Of a stretch of 64,000 nucleotides of DNA, positions 45,332 to 54,970 are shown piece after piece (positions within the stretch are counted from its first letter, which is position 1; every line of letters starts with the position of its first letter). The notes beneath the pieces were generated by a model. It worked only from the letters and a program-made list of their open reading frames with translations. It did not search any database and had not been told where the DNA came from. The DNA lies in contig JAFVTU010000015.1 of assembly GCA_017503075.1 (NCBI GenBank), positions 36,071 to 100,070 on the forward strand, written 5' to 3'. This DNA is from Paludibacteraceae bacterium (lineage in GTDB: Bacteria; Bacteroidota; Bacteroidia; Bacteroidales; Paludibacteraceae). A program made the translations under genes and the position numbers.

Positions 45332-48061
45332 TTACATGTCGTCTTCTACAGCAGCCTGTGCAGCAGCTAGGCGTGCGATTGGCACACGGAATGGAGAGCA
45401 ACTTGCGTAGTTCATACCTACGCGAGCGCAGAACTTCACTGAGCTTGGCTCACCACCATGCTCACCGCAAATACCAGTGCGCAATCCTGGACGAACGGCG
45501 CGACCTTTCTCTACAGCCATCTGAATCAATTGACCTACACCGTTTTGATCCAAAACTTGGAATGGATCAACCTTCAAAATCTTTTGCTCTAAATATACTG
45601 GCAAGAAACTAGCAATATCGTCGCGGCTATAGCCGAAGGTCATCTGTGTCAAGTCGTTTGTACCGAATGAGAAATATTGAGCTTCAGTAGCAATGCGGTC
45701 TGCTGTAAGAGCAGCACGTGGAATCTCAATCATGGTACCGATCTCGAACTCTACCTCTGTGCCGTACTCAGCAAATACCTCTTTAGCCACTTTCTCAATA
45801 ATCTCCTTCTGTTGGTGGAACTCGTAGAGGATACCAATCAATGGAACCATAATCTCTGGCATAGGGTTCTTGCCCTCTTGCTTGAGCTCGCAAGCAGCGC
45901 TCAAGATAGCGCGAGTTTGCATAGCGGTAATCTCTGGGAAGGTGATACCCAGACGGCAACCACGGTGACCGAGCATTGGGTTGTTCTCTGCGAGAGAGTC
46001 AACACGTTGCTTAATCTCTTGTACGCTTACACCCATCTCCTTAGCCATAACCTCTTGACCAGCAGCATCGTGTGGCACGAACTCGTGCAATGGTGGGTCA
46101 AGCAGACGGATATTTACTGGATAGCCGTCCATAGCCTCAAGGATACCCTTGAAGTCAGCCTTTTGGTATGGCAACAACTTAGCCAAAGCTTTCTCACGAC
46201 CCTCAGCGTCCTTAGAAAGGATCATCTCGCGCATAGCCACGATCTTCTTATCCTCGAAGAACATGTGCTCTGTACGGGTCAAACCAATACCCTTAGCACC
46301 GAAGTCACGAGCCACTTGAGCATCGTGTGGAGTATCTGCATTGGTACGAACTTGGAGGTGTGTATATTTGTCGCAGAGATCCATGAGCTCTTTGAAGTCA
46401 CCACTCAATTCTGCAGCCTTGGTTGGAATTTGACCAGCATATACTTGACCAGTAGAACCATTGATTGAGATGTAGTCGCCCTCTTTGTAGGTTACACCCT
46501 CAATAGTCAAGGTCTTTGCTTTGTAATCAACTACGATAGCACCTGCACCAGAAACGCAGCACTTACCCATACCACGAGCTACCACAGCAGCATGAGAGGT
46601 CATACCACCACGAGCAGTCAAGATACCCTCAGCAGCAGACATACCTGCCAAGTCCTCTGGGCTAGTCTCGATACGAACCATCACCACTTTGTGACCGTCC
46701 TTAGCCCACTCTTGAGCGTCGTCAGCGTGGAATACGATTTGACCACATGCAGCACCTGGACTAGCTGGCAAACCTTGAGTGATTACCTTAGCGGTCTTCA
46801 AAGCTGCTTTGTCAAAGACAGGGTGGAGTAGTTCATCGAGCTTTTGTGGTTCACAACGCATGATAGCGGTCTTTTCGTCGATAAGACCTTCGTGAACGAG
46901 GTCCATAGCAATCTTAACCATCGCAGTACCAGTACGTTTACCGTTACGTGTTTGGAGGAACCAGAGTTTACCCTCTTGTACGGTGAACTCCATATCTTGC
47001 ATATCGCGGTAGTGGTTCTCAAGCTTAGTTTGGATAGCATCAAGTTGAGCATAAATCTCAGGCATTGCCTCTTCCATTGATGGATATTTACTTGCGCGTT
47101 CTTCCTCGTTGATACCTTGCAATGCTGCCCATCTACGGCTACCCTCAATGGTGATTTGTTGTGGGGTACGGATACCTGCCACTACGTCCTCACCTTGAGC
47201 GTTTACGAGGTACTCACCATTGAAGAGGTTTTCACCAGTAGCAGCGTCACGGCTGAAGCATACACCTGTAGCTGATGTCTCGCCCATGTTACCAAATACC
47301 ATGGCTTGTACAGTTACGGCTGTTCCCCATTCGTCTGGAATTCCTTCCATCTTACGATAGAGGATAGCGCGCTCGTTCATCCAACTGCGGAACACTGCGC
47401 AGATAGCACCCCAGAGTTGCTCAACTGGGTTGGTAGGGAAGTCATGACCTGTTTGCTCTTTGATAGCTGTTTTGAAGCGAGCTACGAGGAGCTTCAACTC
47501 GTCAACGGTCAAGTCTTTATCCAGTTTGACACCGCGAATCTCTTTTACCTCGTCGATGATAGCCTCAAATGGGTCGATATCCTCTTTGTTTACTGGCTTC
47601 ATACCAAGCACTACGTCACCGTACATCTGCACGAAACGGCGATAGCTGTCGTAAACGAAGTGAGGGTTATTGGTCTTTGCAGCCAAACCTGCAGCCACTT
47701 CATCGTTCAAACCAAGGTTGAGGATTGTATCCATCATACCTGGCATAGAAGCACGAGCACCAGAACGAACGCTCACGAGAAGTGGGTTCTTGGGATCGCC
47801 AAATGTATTATTCATCAAGCTCTCAATATGAGCTACAGCAGCTTTTACTTCTTTGTCTAGAATCTTTACAATCTCCTCTTGTCCTACTTTGTAGTACTCG
47901 TTGCAAACATCAGTGATGATAGTGAAACCTGGAGGAACTGGTACGCCCACAAGGTTCATCTCTGCAAGGTTTGCGCCTTTACCGCCCAATGCCTCACGCA
48001 TCTTGGCGTTACCCTCAGCTTGTCCGTTACCGAAGGTGTAAACACGTTTCTTGTTGTCCAT
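45332..48061 (-). CDS. ppdK: Pyruvate, phosphate dikinase
   Basis: 909 aa with an MDNKKRVYTFGNG...GGKGANLAEM N-terminus, the phospho-His segment GGMTSHAAVVARG, and a PEP-utilising C-terminal domain. Confidence 0.95.
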   Translation of the reverse strand: MDNKKRVYTFGNGQAEGNAKMREALGGKGANLAEMNLVGVPVPPGFTIITDVCNEYYKVGQEEIVKILDKEVKAAVAHIESLMNNTFGDPKNPLLVSVRSGARASMPGMMDTILNLGLNDEVAAGLAAKTNNPHFVYDSYRRFVQMYGDVVLGMKPVNKEDIDPFEAIIDEVKEIRGVKLDKDLTVDELKLLVARFKTAIKEQTGHDFPTNPVEQLWGAICAVFRSWMNERAILYRKMEGIPDEWGTAVTVQAMVFGNMGETSATGVCFSRDAATGENLFNGEYLVNAQGEDVVAGIRTPQQITIEGSRRWAALQGINEEERASKYPSMEEAMPEIYAQLDAIQTKLENHYRDMQDMEFTVQEGKLWFLQTRNGKRTGTAMVKIAMDLVHEGLIDEKTAIMRCEPQKLDELLHPVFDKAALKTAKVITQGLPASPGAACGQIVFHADDAQEWAKDGHKVVMVRIETSPEDLAGMSAAEGILTARGGMTSHAAVVARGMGKCCVSGAGAIVVDYKAKTLTIEGVTYKEGDYISINGSTGQVYAGQIPTKAAELSGDFKELMDLCDKYTHLQVRTNADTPHDAQVARDFGAKGIGLTRTEHMFFEDKKIVAMREMILSKDAEGREKALAKLLPYQKADFKGILEAMDGYPVNIRLLDPPLHEFVPHDAAGQEVMAKEMGVSVQEIKQRVDSLAENNPMLGHRGCRLGITFPEITAMQTRAILSAACELKQEGKNPMPEIMVPLIGILYEFHQQKEIIEKVAKEVFAEYGTEVEFEIGTMIEIPRAALTADRIATEAQYFSFGTNDLTQMTFGYSRDDIASFLPVYLEQKILKVDPFQVLDQNGVGQLIQMAVEKGRAVRPGLRTGICGEHGGEPSSVKFCARVGMNYASCSPFRVPIARLAAAQAAVEDDM

Positions 48062-48159
48062 TGTCTTAAAAAAATCTTTATTCGTTAATATATCATTTTA
48101 ATTATATCCAAATATTAGTTAGTTGGTAATTCGAAGTCCTTGAATACCATACCAGCCTG

Positions 48160-48195
48160 CAAAGGTACAACTTTTTTTTCATATATGCAAGCAAA
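48160..48195 (-). promoter_or_regulatory. Promoter of ppdK
   Basis: caaaggta at 48160-48167, a T-run, then tatatgcaagcaaa. This is near-identical to the polysaccharide-locus promoter. Confidence 0.6.
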
Positions 48196-48317
48196 TCAAC
48201 AAAAAAAGAGCATTTCTATCTCTCTCTTTCATTTTTTCAACAATCTTCTCCTACTTTCTTTCTATCGAACATCCCGTCTTTTTCTTCCATTTCCCATGGA
48301 ATGCACTTGTAAATCTT

Positions 48318-48480
48318 TAGTGATTCTTAAGTGATTTATAGGTTATTCTTAGGTGAATCAGCGACCTTCACCGTCTTACTCCTATAGGATCAAAGCCCCT
48401 AAAAACTAAACTGTAGGCGCCTTGCGCCGTTCTCTAAACAGTTTCCTTACCTTTAAACCTTAAACTCTTAACTTTCAACT
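48318..48480. repeat. Phased 11-nt word filler
   Basis: tagtgattct/taagtgattta/taggttattct/taggtgaatca (48318-48360), the mini-hairpin ggcgc-ctt-gcgcc (48416-48428), and ctaaac/ttaaac words up to 48480. Confidence 0.65.
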
Positions 48481-48483
48481 GAA

Positions 48484-48518
48484 AAATTTGCACGATTGCA
48501 AATTTTATTGTACCTTTG
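48484..48518 (+). promoter_or_regulatory. Promoter of the prenyltransferase/radical-SAM unit with an overlapping 9-bp palindrome (candidate operator)
   Basis: The palindrome aaatttgca-cgat-tgcaaattt (48484-48505) lies immediately upstream of the -7 box tacctttg (48511-48518). Confidence 0.5.
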
Positions 48519-48550
48519 TGCCCTAATTAACAAAAAGACTATTCTATTAT

Positions 48551-49597
48551 ATGTCAAAAATTGCTTTTTGGTTTCAAAACGCACGCAACATTGCGCTTCC
48601 GCAGTCAATTCTGCCTACCTTGACTGCTATCATCTTGTGTATCGGACAAGATGGTTTTCTCTGGTGGCTGGCTCTACCATTGCTTTTGGGTGTATGTGCT
48701 GCCCATTTAGGAATGAACCTCGCGGACGACTATTACGATTTTAAACATGATTCACGAATACGTGCAGACATTAATAAAAACAGCGTGCGCGCACGGATGG
48801 AAAAGTGCCATTATCTCGTTCGTGGCGATGAGGCACCTAGCGAAACAAAGGCCACTATTTCTCAACTCGGATGGGCGATTGTCGCTTTCCTCGGCTTTGC
48901 AGCGCTAATGGGCAGTATCGCTTTTGTAGCACAATGGCTTATTCACGGATGGCAAGCAGCTACGGGTATAGTGATGTATGCTCTCATTGGATTGTTCGTA
49001 GGTATTAACTATTCTGGCAAACCACTCGAACTTGGCTTCCATGGCTTGGGCGAACTCGTTATAGGACTTATGTTTGGTCCTCTCTGCATGCTGGGCATAC
49101 AAGCAGCTATCACAGGCAATATTTTCTCATGGGAGATGCTCTGCATGAGTATTGCTATTGGTTGTATGGTAACAAACATTGTATATGTCCATTCTGTGAT
49201 GGAAGTGAATGCGGATGCTGAATTGGGAAAGATGACTTTTGCACGTTTACTGCGTAATAAGGCTGCCATGATTACCTTTATCGCCATCTTTGCCATTCTT
49301 CCGTTTCTATTGTTAGGTTTGGGTATTTGGATGGGGTGGTGGAGCCCTTGGTACTTACTCACTTTGGCTACTTTGCCAATGTCAATCTACCTTATTCACT
49401 CCACTCGACTTTTCGCATATGGCCTACATCGCAATGACACACCACGCTGGTGGATGGGCCCAATGGGTAACTGGGAAGGATACAAGAAAGTTGGCATAGA
49501 TTGGTTCTTGTATCGATGGCTTCTTGCACGAAATATATGTACCTTCTTTTGTCTTATTTTAATTATTGTTCATGTTACTCTATTGGTAATTGATTAA
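48551..49597 (+). CDS. UbiA-superfamily prenyltransferase, MenA-like
   Basis: 348 aa and about 8-9 TM. First Asp-rich motif NLADDYYDFKHD. Second motif region EVNADAELGKMTFARLL, comparable to the MenA D-x3-D...GK-T motif. Confidence 0.7.
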   Translation: MSKIAFWFQNARNIALPQSILPTLTAIILCIGQDGFLWWLALPLLLGVCAAHLGMNLADDYYDFKHDSRIRADINKNSVRARMEKCHYLVRGDEAPSETKATISQLGWAIVAFLGFAALMGSIAFVAQWLIHGWQAATGIVMYALIGLFVGINYSGKPLELGFHGLGELVIGLMFGPLCMLGIQAAITGNIFSWEMLCMSIAIGCMVTNIVYVHSVMEVNADAELGKMTFARLLRNKAAMITFIAIFAILPFLLLGLGIWMGWWSPWYLLTLATLPMSIYLIHSTRLFAYGLHRNDTPRWWMGPMGNWEGYKKVGIDWFLYRWLLARNICTFFCLILIIVHVTLLVID

Positions 49598-49616
49598 TTC
49601 GATAAGGAGAAAAATT

Positions 49617-50534
49617 ATGTTCAAAACTCTTTTACATTATATTTACTTGGCACAATGGTTCTTGCGTGCACGCTTCTTCAAACGAAAAGCCCCTCTACAA
49701 ACAGTCTTGTTTATTACTGATAAATGCAATCTCCGTTGCAAGCACTGCTCTGTTTATGGCAGCGCAGGATACAAACAACGTTCTTTTGAAGATATTGTTG
49801 CTGATATGCAATATTCCTACCAACTTGGCTCACGCTTCATCGACCTTGAAGGCGGAGAGCCTACACTCTGGAAGGAAGGCGAACGAACGATTAACGACCT
49901 TATAGACAAAGCATTAGAGATCGGATTCTTCTCAATTACTGTTACGACCAATGCACAACAAGACTTCTCTTGGATTCGTCCACAATCCATTTGGGTAAGT
50001 ATGGATGGTGTAGGCGAATACCATGACCGGGTTCGAGGAGAGGGCACTTTCGCACGACTGGAAGAAAACATCCGCAAATCAGGCTTCAAGCATATTTGCG
50101 TAAATATGGTAGTTAACTCCATCAACTATGAGTCACTGGATGCTGCAATGGAGTATGCTAAAAATAACCCTGCCATTGAGCAGATTTCTATCAATTTCCA
50201 TACACCATATCCAGGGACAGAATATCTTATGCTACCACCTGAAAAGAAAGCGCAACTCATAGACAAAGTTCTCGCCTACAAGAAGAAAGGCTATCCTATC
50301 ATGAACTCTCGTTCTGGACTTAAACTGATGAAACGCAATGCTTTAGGGCAAATTAATTTAGGTAAAGAATGTTTTGTTACAAATTTTATTTACACCGATG
50401 GTAGCCGTAGTCTTTGCTTGGGCTATGGCACTGAACAATGCCGCGTGTGCGGTTTCTGTATGGCAGGCGAGATGGCAAGTGTATTCCATTTCAAACCTGA
50501 CACTATTCTTTCAGGATTCAAATTACGTATGTAA
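49617..50534 (+). CDS. Radical SAM enzyme with a C-terminal Cys cluster (possible auxiliary Fe-S site)
   Basis: CxxxCxxC motif in ITDKCNLRCKHCSVYG, a GGEP motif (DLEGGEPTLW), and the C-terminal cluster CLGYGTEQCRVCGFC. I prefer the ATG at 49617. The track uses a TTG at 49590 that overlaps the upstream stop. Confidence 0.75.
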   Translation: MFKTLLHYIYLAQWFLRARFFKRKAPLQTVLFITDKCNLRCKHCSVYGSAGYKQRSFEDIVADMQYSYQLGSRFIDLEGGEPTLWKEGERTINDLIDKALEIGFFSITVTTNAQQDFSWIRPQSIWVSMDGVGEYHDRVRGEGTFARLEENIRKSGFKHICVNMVVNSINYESLDAAMEYAKNNPAIEQISINFHTPYPGTEYLMLPPEKKAQLIDKVLAYKKKGYPIMNSRSGLKLMKRNALGQINLGKECFVTNFIYTDGSRSLCLGYGTEQCRVCGFCMAGEMASVFHFKPDTILSGFKLRM

Positions 50535-50595
50535 TGGCACGATTTTTGTACTAACAACTCTATACAATACTAAACAATTCTAAACAATACAAGTT

Positions 50596-51117
50596 ATGAT
50601 TTCAAAGAAACTCGAAGCGGCTATCAATGCCCAAATCAATGCTGAATTATGGTCAGCATATCTTTATTTGAGTATGTCAGCATACTGCCAAGATGCAGGC
50701 TATCCTGGTATTGCAAACTGGTTTGCTATCCAATTCAAAGAGGAGCAAGATCATGCTATGATTCTTTTCAATTATTTACAAAGTCGTGGTGGTCGCGTAT
50801 TGCTCGAACCTATTGCTGCGGTTGATACAGAATGGGTTTCACCATTGGCTGCTTTTCAACATACTCTTGAGCACGAAGGTAAAGTGACCGCTATGATCAA
50901 CAACCTTATGGCACTCGCTGTTGAGGAGAAAGATTTTGCTCTTCAAAGTCGTCTCAATTGGTTTGTAGATGAGCAAGTTGAGGAAGAAGAGAATGCTACT
51001 GACCTCGTAAACAAATTCCGTATGGTAGGCGACAATGGCTATGGACTCTACCAACTCGATCAAGAACTTGCGGCGCGCGTTTATACACAAGCAAGTCCTT
51101 TAGCTACGGCAGAATAA
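50596..51117 (+). CDS. ftnA: Non-haem bacterial ferritin
   Basis: 173 aa. INAELWSAYLYLSMSAY ... EEQDHA ... ferroxidase-centre pattern. Confidence 0.88.
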   Translation: MISKKLEAAINAQINAELWSAYLYLSMSAYCQDAGYPGIANWFAIQFKEEQDHAMILFNYLQSRGGRVLLEPIAAVDTEWVSPLAAFQHTLEHEGKVTAMINNLMALAVEEKDFALQSRLNWFVDEQVEEEENATDLVNKFRMVGDNGYGLYQLDQELAARVYTQASPLATAE

Positions 51118-51184
51118 AAAGCCTACCCCCAGCCCATCCATAAAGGGAAGGGAGCAAGTGTAAAGTTTAAAAATACAGATTAAT

Positions 51185-51955
51185 ATGAAAAAGATTTTTA
51201 TTTCGCTACTAGCATTCGGATGCTTGGTAGCATGTACCCCTAAGAAAACAGCATACGAGCAATACGTAGAAATGTATAATGCCCTCGATGCACAACTACA
51301 GAATATAGAAGATCGCGCTGTACGCGACTCACTGATTGATGATTTCGTGGCTGACGGTTACACCCTCATCATGGAGAACGTAGAAGACGTGACCAGTGAC
51401 TCTATCGTCTTGTCACACTTCTATATGCTCAGCCCAGAACAAAAAGCCGAGCTCATTGCAGCCATTCCAGTAGAGCGCTGGGAGATGCCTCTATTAAAGC
51501 TCGTGTACAAGGAATACCAAATAGAGTTGCTCACCTCAGCGGGCAATCCATACATCGACATTACTTCGCTGAAGGCAGACGGCACAGCGTTGGCTCTGAG
51601 CGAATTGGTAAACAAGACCGACTATGTATTGGTGGACTTCTGGGCTTCATGGTGCGGTCCATGTCGCCGATTAATGCCTGCTCTCAAAGAGTTATACGAA
51701 TCGTATCATCCATCTGGCAAATTGGAAATCCTAGGTGTCAGCTGTGACAGAGACGAGGCAGCATGGCTTCAGGCTATCCAAGAAGATGAATTGCCATGGT
51801 TGCATATCCGTGATCAGCGCGAAGAACCATACAACCCATGTGATTTGTATGGAATCTCAGCTATCCCAACGACTATCCTTATTAACAAAGAAGGTATAAT
51901 TGTAGGTCGCAATCTCAACGAAGCAGAATTAGAACTATTGCTCGCTGGAAAATAA
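51185..51955 (+). CDS. TlpA/ResA-like thiol-disulfide oxidoreductase lipoprotein
   Basis: Lipobox LLAFGCLVAC and the thioredoxin active site WASWCGPC. Confidence 0.8.
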   Translation: MKKIFISLLAFGCLVACTPKKTAYEQYVEMYNALDAQLQNIEDRAVRDSLIDDFVADGYTLIMENVEDVTSDSIVLSHFYMLSPEQKAELIAAIPVERWEMPLLKLVYKEYQIELLTSAGNPYIDITSLKADGTALALSELVNKTDYVLVDFWASWCGPCRRLMPALKELYESYHPSGKLEILGVSCDRDEAAWLQAIQEDELPWLHIRDQREEPYNPCDLYGISAIPTTILINKEGIIVGRNLNEAELELLLAGK

Positions 51956-52028
51956 TGTATAATATAATTCTATAAAACTTTCAATTGACTACGCCCACTA
52001 CCTGTGAGCGTAGTCTGCTTGTTAAATT

Positions 52029-53702
52029 ATGGCTGACGATAAAAAGATTATTTTTTCAATGGTGGGAGTGAGCAAAAGTTTCTCTCCACAAAAACGAGTA
52101 CTCAACAACATTTACCTCAGTTTCTTTTACGGAGCAAAAATCGGTATTATCGGTCTCAATGGCGCAGGAAAATCAACCCTTCTGAAGATTATTGCTGGTA
52201 TCGAGAAAAATTACGAAGGCGAAGTTGTCTTTTCTCCTGGCTATAGTGTAGGCTATCTAGAACAAGACCCACAACTTGATCCAGAAAAAACGGTTCGCGA
52301 GTGTGTGCAAGAAGGTGTACAACCTATCATGGATATGCTGGCTGAATATGATGCCATCAATATGGCGTTTGCGGAACCAGACGCAGATTTTGACAAACTT
52401 CTTGCTCGCCAAGCAGAACTACAAGATAAACTTGATAGTGTGGACGCGTGGAATATTGATACGCGCCTTGATCGTGCTATGGATGCACTCCGCTGTCCAG
52501 CAGATGAAGCACTTGTCAAGCATCTATCAGGAGGTGAGCGCCGTCGTGTGGCACTATGCCGTCTGTTGTTGCAACAACCTGATATCTTGCTGCTTGATGA
52601 GCCTACTAACCACCTTGATGCTGAATCTATTGATTGGTTAGAGCAACACCTACACCAGTATGCAGGTACTGTCATTTGTATCACCCACGACCGTTACTTC
52701 CTTGACAATGTGGCAGGTTGGATTCTCGAACTAGATCGTGGCGAAGGTATTCCATGGAAGGGTAACTACTCCTCTTGGCTTGAGCAAAAAACGGCTCGTA
52801 TGGCGATGGAGGAGAAGCAAGCTAGCAAGCGCCGCAAGACCCTGGAACGCGAGTTGGAGTGGGTTCGTATGGCTCCTAAAGCACGTCAAGCCAAAGGTAA
52901 AGCACGTTTGGCAGCTTATGACCGTATGCTCAATGAAGAACAGAAAGAGCGCGAAGAGAAACTTGAAATATTCATACCTAATGGTCCACGTCTTGGCAAC
53001 AAAGTTATCAATGCGGAGGGCGTAAGCAAGGCCTTTGGCGACAAATTGCTGTTCGAGAATCTCGACTTTATGCTACCACCTAATGGTATTGTTGGTATCA
53101 TTGGTCCTAATGGCGCAGGTAAAACGACACTCTTCCGTATGATCATGGGCATGGAGCAAGCCGACAAAGGTACGTTCACCGTAGGTGAGACTGTCAAGGT
53201 AGGTTATGTGGACCAAGTTCACTCCAATATTGACCCTAATAAAACCGTATTTGAAACCATTGCTGAGGGTACTGAGTATATCCGTGTTGGAGGACGCGAA
53301 ATCAATGCTAGAGCATATCTTAGTCGCTTTAATTTCACAGGTTCAGATCAAGAGAAGAAGTGCGGTGTTCTCTCTGGCGGAGAGCGCAATCGCTTACATT
53401 TGGCTTTGACACTTAAGTCAGAAGCAAATGTGTTACTTCTTGATGAGCCTACCAACGATATTGATGTTAATACTCTCCGTGCTTTGGAAGAAGGTTTGGA
53501 AAATTTCGCTGGCTGTGCAGTAGTTATTTCCCACGACCGTTGGTTCCTGGATCGTATCTGTACTCATATCCTTGCTTTTGAGGGAGATAGCAAACTATAT
53601 TGGTACGAAGGCAGTTACTCTGATTACGAAGCACATAAGAAAATGCGCCTTGGCGAAGATGCTACCGAACCCAAGCGTATTCGTTATCGCAAATTAGAAT
53701 AA
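52029..53702 (+). CDS. ettA: Energy-dependent translational throttle ABC-F ATPase
   Basis: 557 aa with two ABC cassettes (GLNGAGKST, GPNGAGKTT, LSGGERRRV, LSGGERNRL) and no TM domain. Confidence 0.9.
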   Translation: MADDKKIIFSMVGVSKSFSPQKRVLNNIYLSFFYGAKIGIIGLNGAGKSTLLKIIAGIEKNYEGEVVFSPGYSVGYLEQDPQLDPEKTVRECVQEGVQPIMDMLAEYDAINMAFAEPDADFDKLLARQAELQDKLDSVDAWNIDTRLDRAMDALRCPADEALVKHLSGGERRRVALCRLLLQQPDILLLDEPTNHLDAESIDWLEQHLHQYAGTVICITHDRYFLDNVAGWILELDRGEGIPWKGNYSSWLEQKTARMAMEEKQASKRRKTLERELEWVRMAPKARQAKGKARLAAYDRMLNEEQKEREEKLEIFIPNGPRLGNKVINAEGVSKAFGDKLLFENLDFMLPPNGIVGIIGPNGAGKTTLFRMIMGMEQADKGTFTVGETVKVGYVDQVHSNIDPNKTVFETIAEGTEYIRVGGREINARAYLSRFNFTGSDQEKKCGVLSGGERNRLHLALTLKSEANVLLLDEPTNDIDVNTLRALEEGLENFAGCAVVISHDRWFLDRICTHILAFEGDSKLYWYEGSYSDYEAHKKMRLGEDATEPKRIRYRKLE

Positions 53703-53705
53703 TTT

Positions 53706-53735
53706 AAAAGGGCACTATAAAAAAGTGCCCTTTTA
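53706..53735. terminator. Bidirectional terminator between ettA and mnmA
   Basis: aaaagggcact ataaaaa agtgccctttt. Confidence 0.75.
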
Positions 53736-53774
53736 TTATCCTCTCATTAAACTTCAAACCTTACACCTTAAACT

Positions 53775-54860
53775 TTACCCCTCTTCTATAATGCCGCCTC
53801 CAACTAGTAAACCATCTTTGTAAATTACTAGGGATTGTCCTGGTGCCACACCCCAAACTGGCTCGTTGAAGTGAATATGCAATTGACCGTCAGCGATGGT
53901 CAATTGTCCTTTTATAGCAGGAGATTTATAGCGTATTCGGGCTTCTATAGAAGGTGATTCTTCTAACCATTCTATATCGCGCAAGCGAAATTGAGTTGCA
54001 CGTACATCTCGTGTGTATAATTCATCATGATCACCCAAGGTTACAGTGTTATTGCTTGCATCAATTTTGATCACATGCTTTGGGCTTCCCAATGCAATGC
54101 CTAATCCTTTGCGCTGACCAATAGTGTAGTGGCAATAACCTTGATGCATGCCCAATATTTTACCTGCAGTGTCAATATAATGACCAGCACCAATATTTAC
54201 ACCTTGCTCGGCCAAAAAGCTGCGGTAATCATTATTAGGTACGAAACAAATTTCTTGACTCTCTGCTTTTTTGCTCAACTTCTCAAACCCGTGATTCAAT
54301 GCAATTTCTCTGACTTCTGCTTTTGTCAGTCCGCCTAATGGAAATATAGTTCTGCGCAAATTTTCTTCGGTTAACATCCACAAGAAGTAAGTTTGATCCT
54401 TATGCGTATCAACGGCATTCTTCAAATAGTAATGGCCACGATACTCCGCAATTTGCGCGTAGTGTCCCGTTGCAATATAATCACAATTATACTCTTCAGC
54501 TGCTTTTATGAGTTCACCCCATTTGATATGCGAGTTACACATTACACAAGGATTAGGCGTACGCCCGCGCGCGTATTCACTAACAAAGTTTGCAATCACA
54601 TGTTCGCGAAAAGTGTCTCGAAAATCCAAAATATGATGCTCAAACCCCAAAGTAGCAGCCATATGCTTTGCCTCCAGAATACTCTCTACTGAACAACAAC
54701 CTTTCTCCTTGGAGAGGCAGGAGTCTTTGATGGTGTCAAAGGTGCGAAATGTAGCTCCCACAAGTTCATACCCCTGCTCCATGAGCAAGATAGCTGCAAC
54801 TGTGGAATCTATACCACCTGACATGCCTATCAATACGCGTTTTTTTCGTATGTTATCCAT
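53775..54860 (-). CDS. mnmA: tRNA 2-thiouridine(34) synthase
   Basis: PP-loop VLIGMSGGIDSTVAA. I chose the start at 54860 (MDNIRKKRV) because the longer tracked ORF runs through the promoter. Confidence 0.9.
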   Translation of the reverse strand: MDNIRKKRVLIGMSGGIDSTVAAILLMEQGYELVGATFRTFDTIKDSCLSKEKGCCSVESILEAKHMAATLGFEHHILDFRDTFREHVIANFVSEYARGRTPNPCVMCNSHIKWGELIKAAEEYNCDYIATGHYAQIAEYRGHYYLKNAVDTHKDQTYFLWMLTEENLRRTIFPLGGLTKAEVREIALNHGFEKLSKKAESQEICFVPNNDYRSFLAEQGVNIGAGHYIDTAGKILGMHQGYCHYTIGQRKGLGIALGSPKHVIKIDASNNTVTLGDHDELYTRDVRATQFRLRDIEWLEESPSIEARIRYKSPAIKGQLTIADGQLHIHFNEPVWGVAPGQSLVIYKDGLLVGGGIIEEG

Positions 54861-54881
54861 CTTTTCTACAGAAATCTTTGG

Positions 54882-54929
54882 CAAAGGTACAAATTTATTT
54901 GCATACATCCAAATTTTTTAGTACCTTTG
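54882..54929. promoter_or_regulatory. Interlocked divergent promoters (mnmA leftward, amylase rightward)
   Basis: caaaggta at 54882-54889 serves the minus strand and tacctttg at 54922-54929 serves the plus strand. Each -33 TTTG lies inside the spacer of the other promoter. Confidence 0.55.
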
Positions 54930-54970
54930 TACGCTTATTGTTGGCAAATAACAAAATAATTATATTTACT

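Noticed and set aside
51118-51184. Terminator or structured element after the ferritin gene, and a similar one at 51956-52028.
   Set aside because: Only imperfect short complementarity is present (cccatcc...gggaaggg; ctacgc...gcgtag) with no convincing U-run. This is too weak to call.
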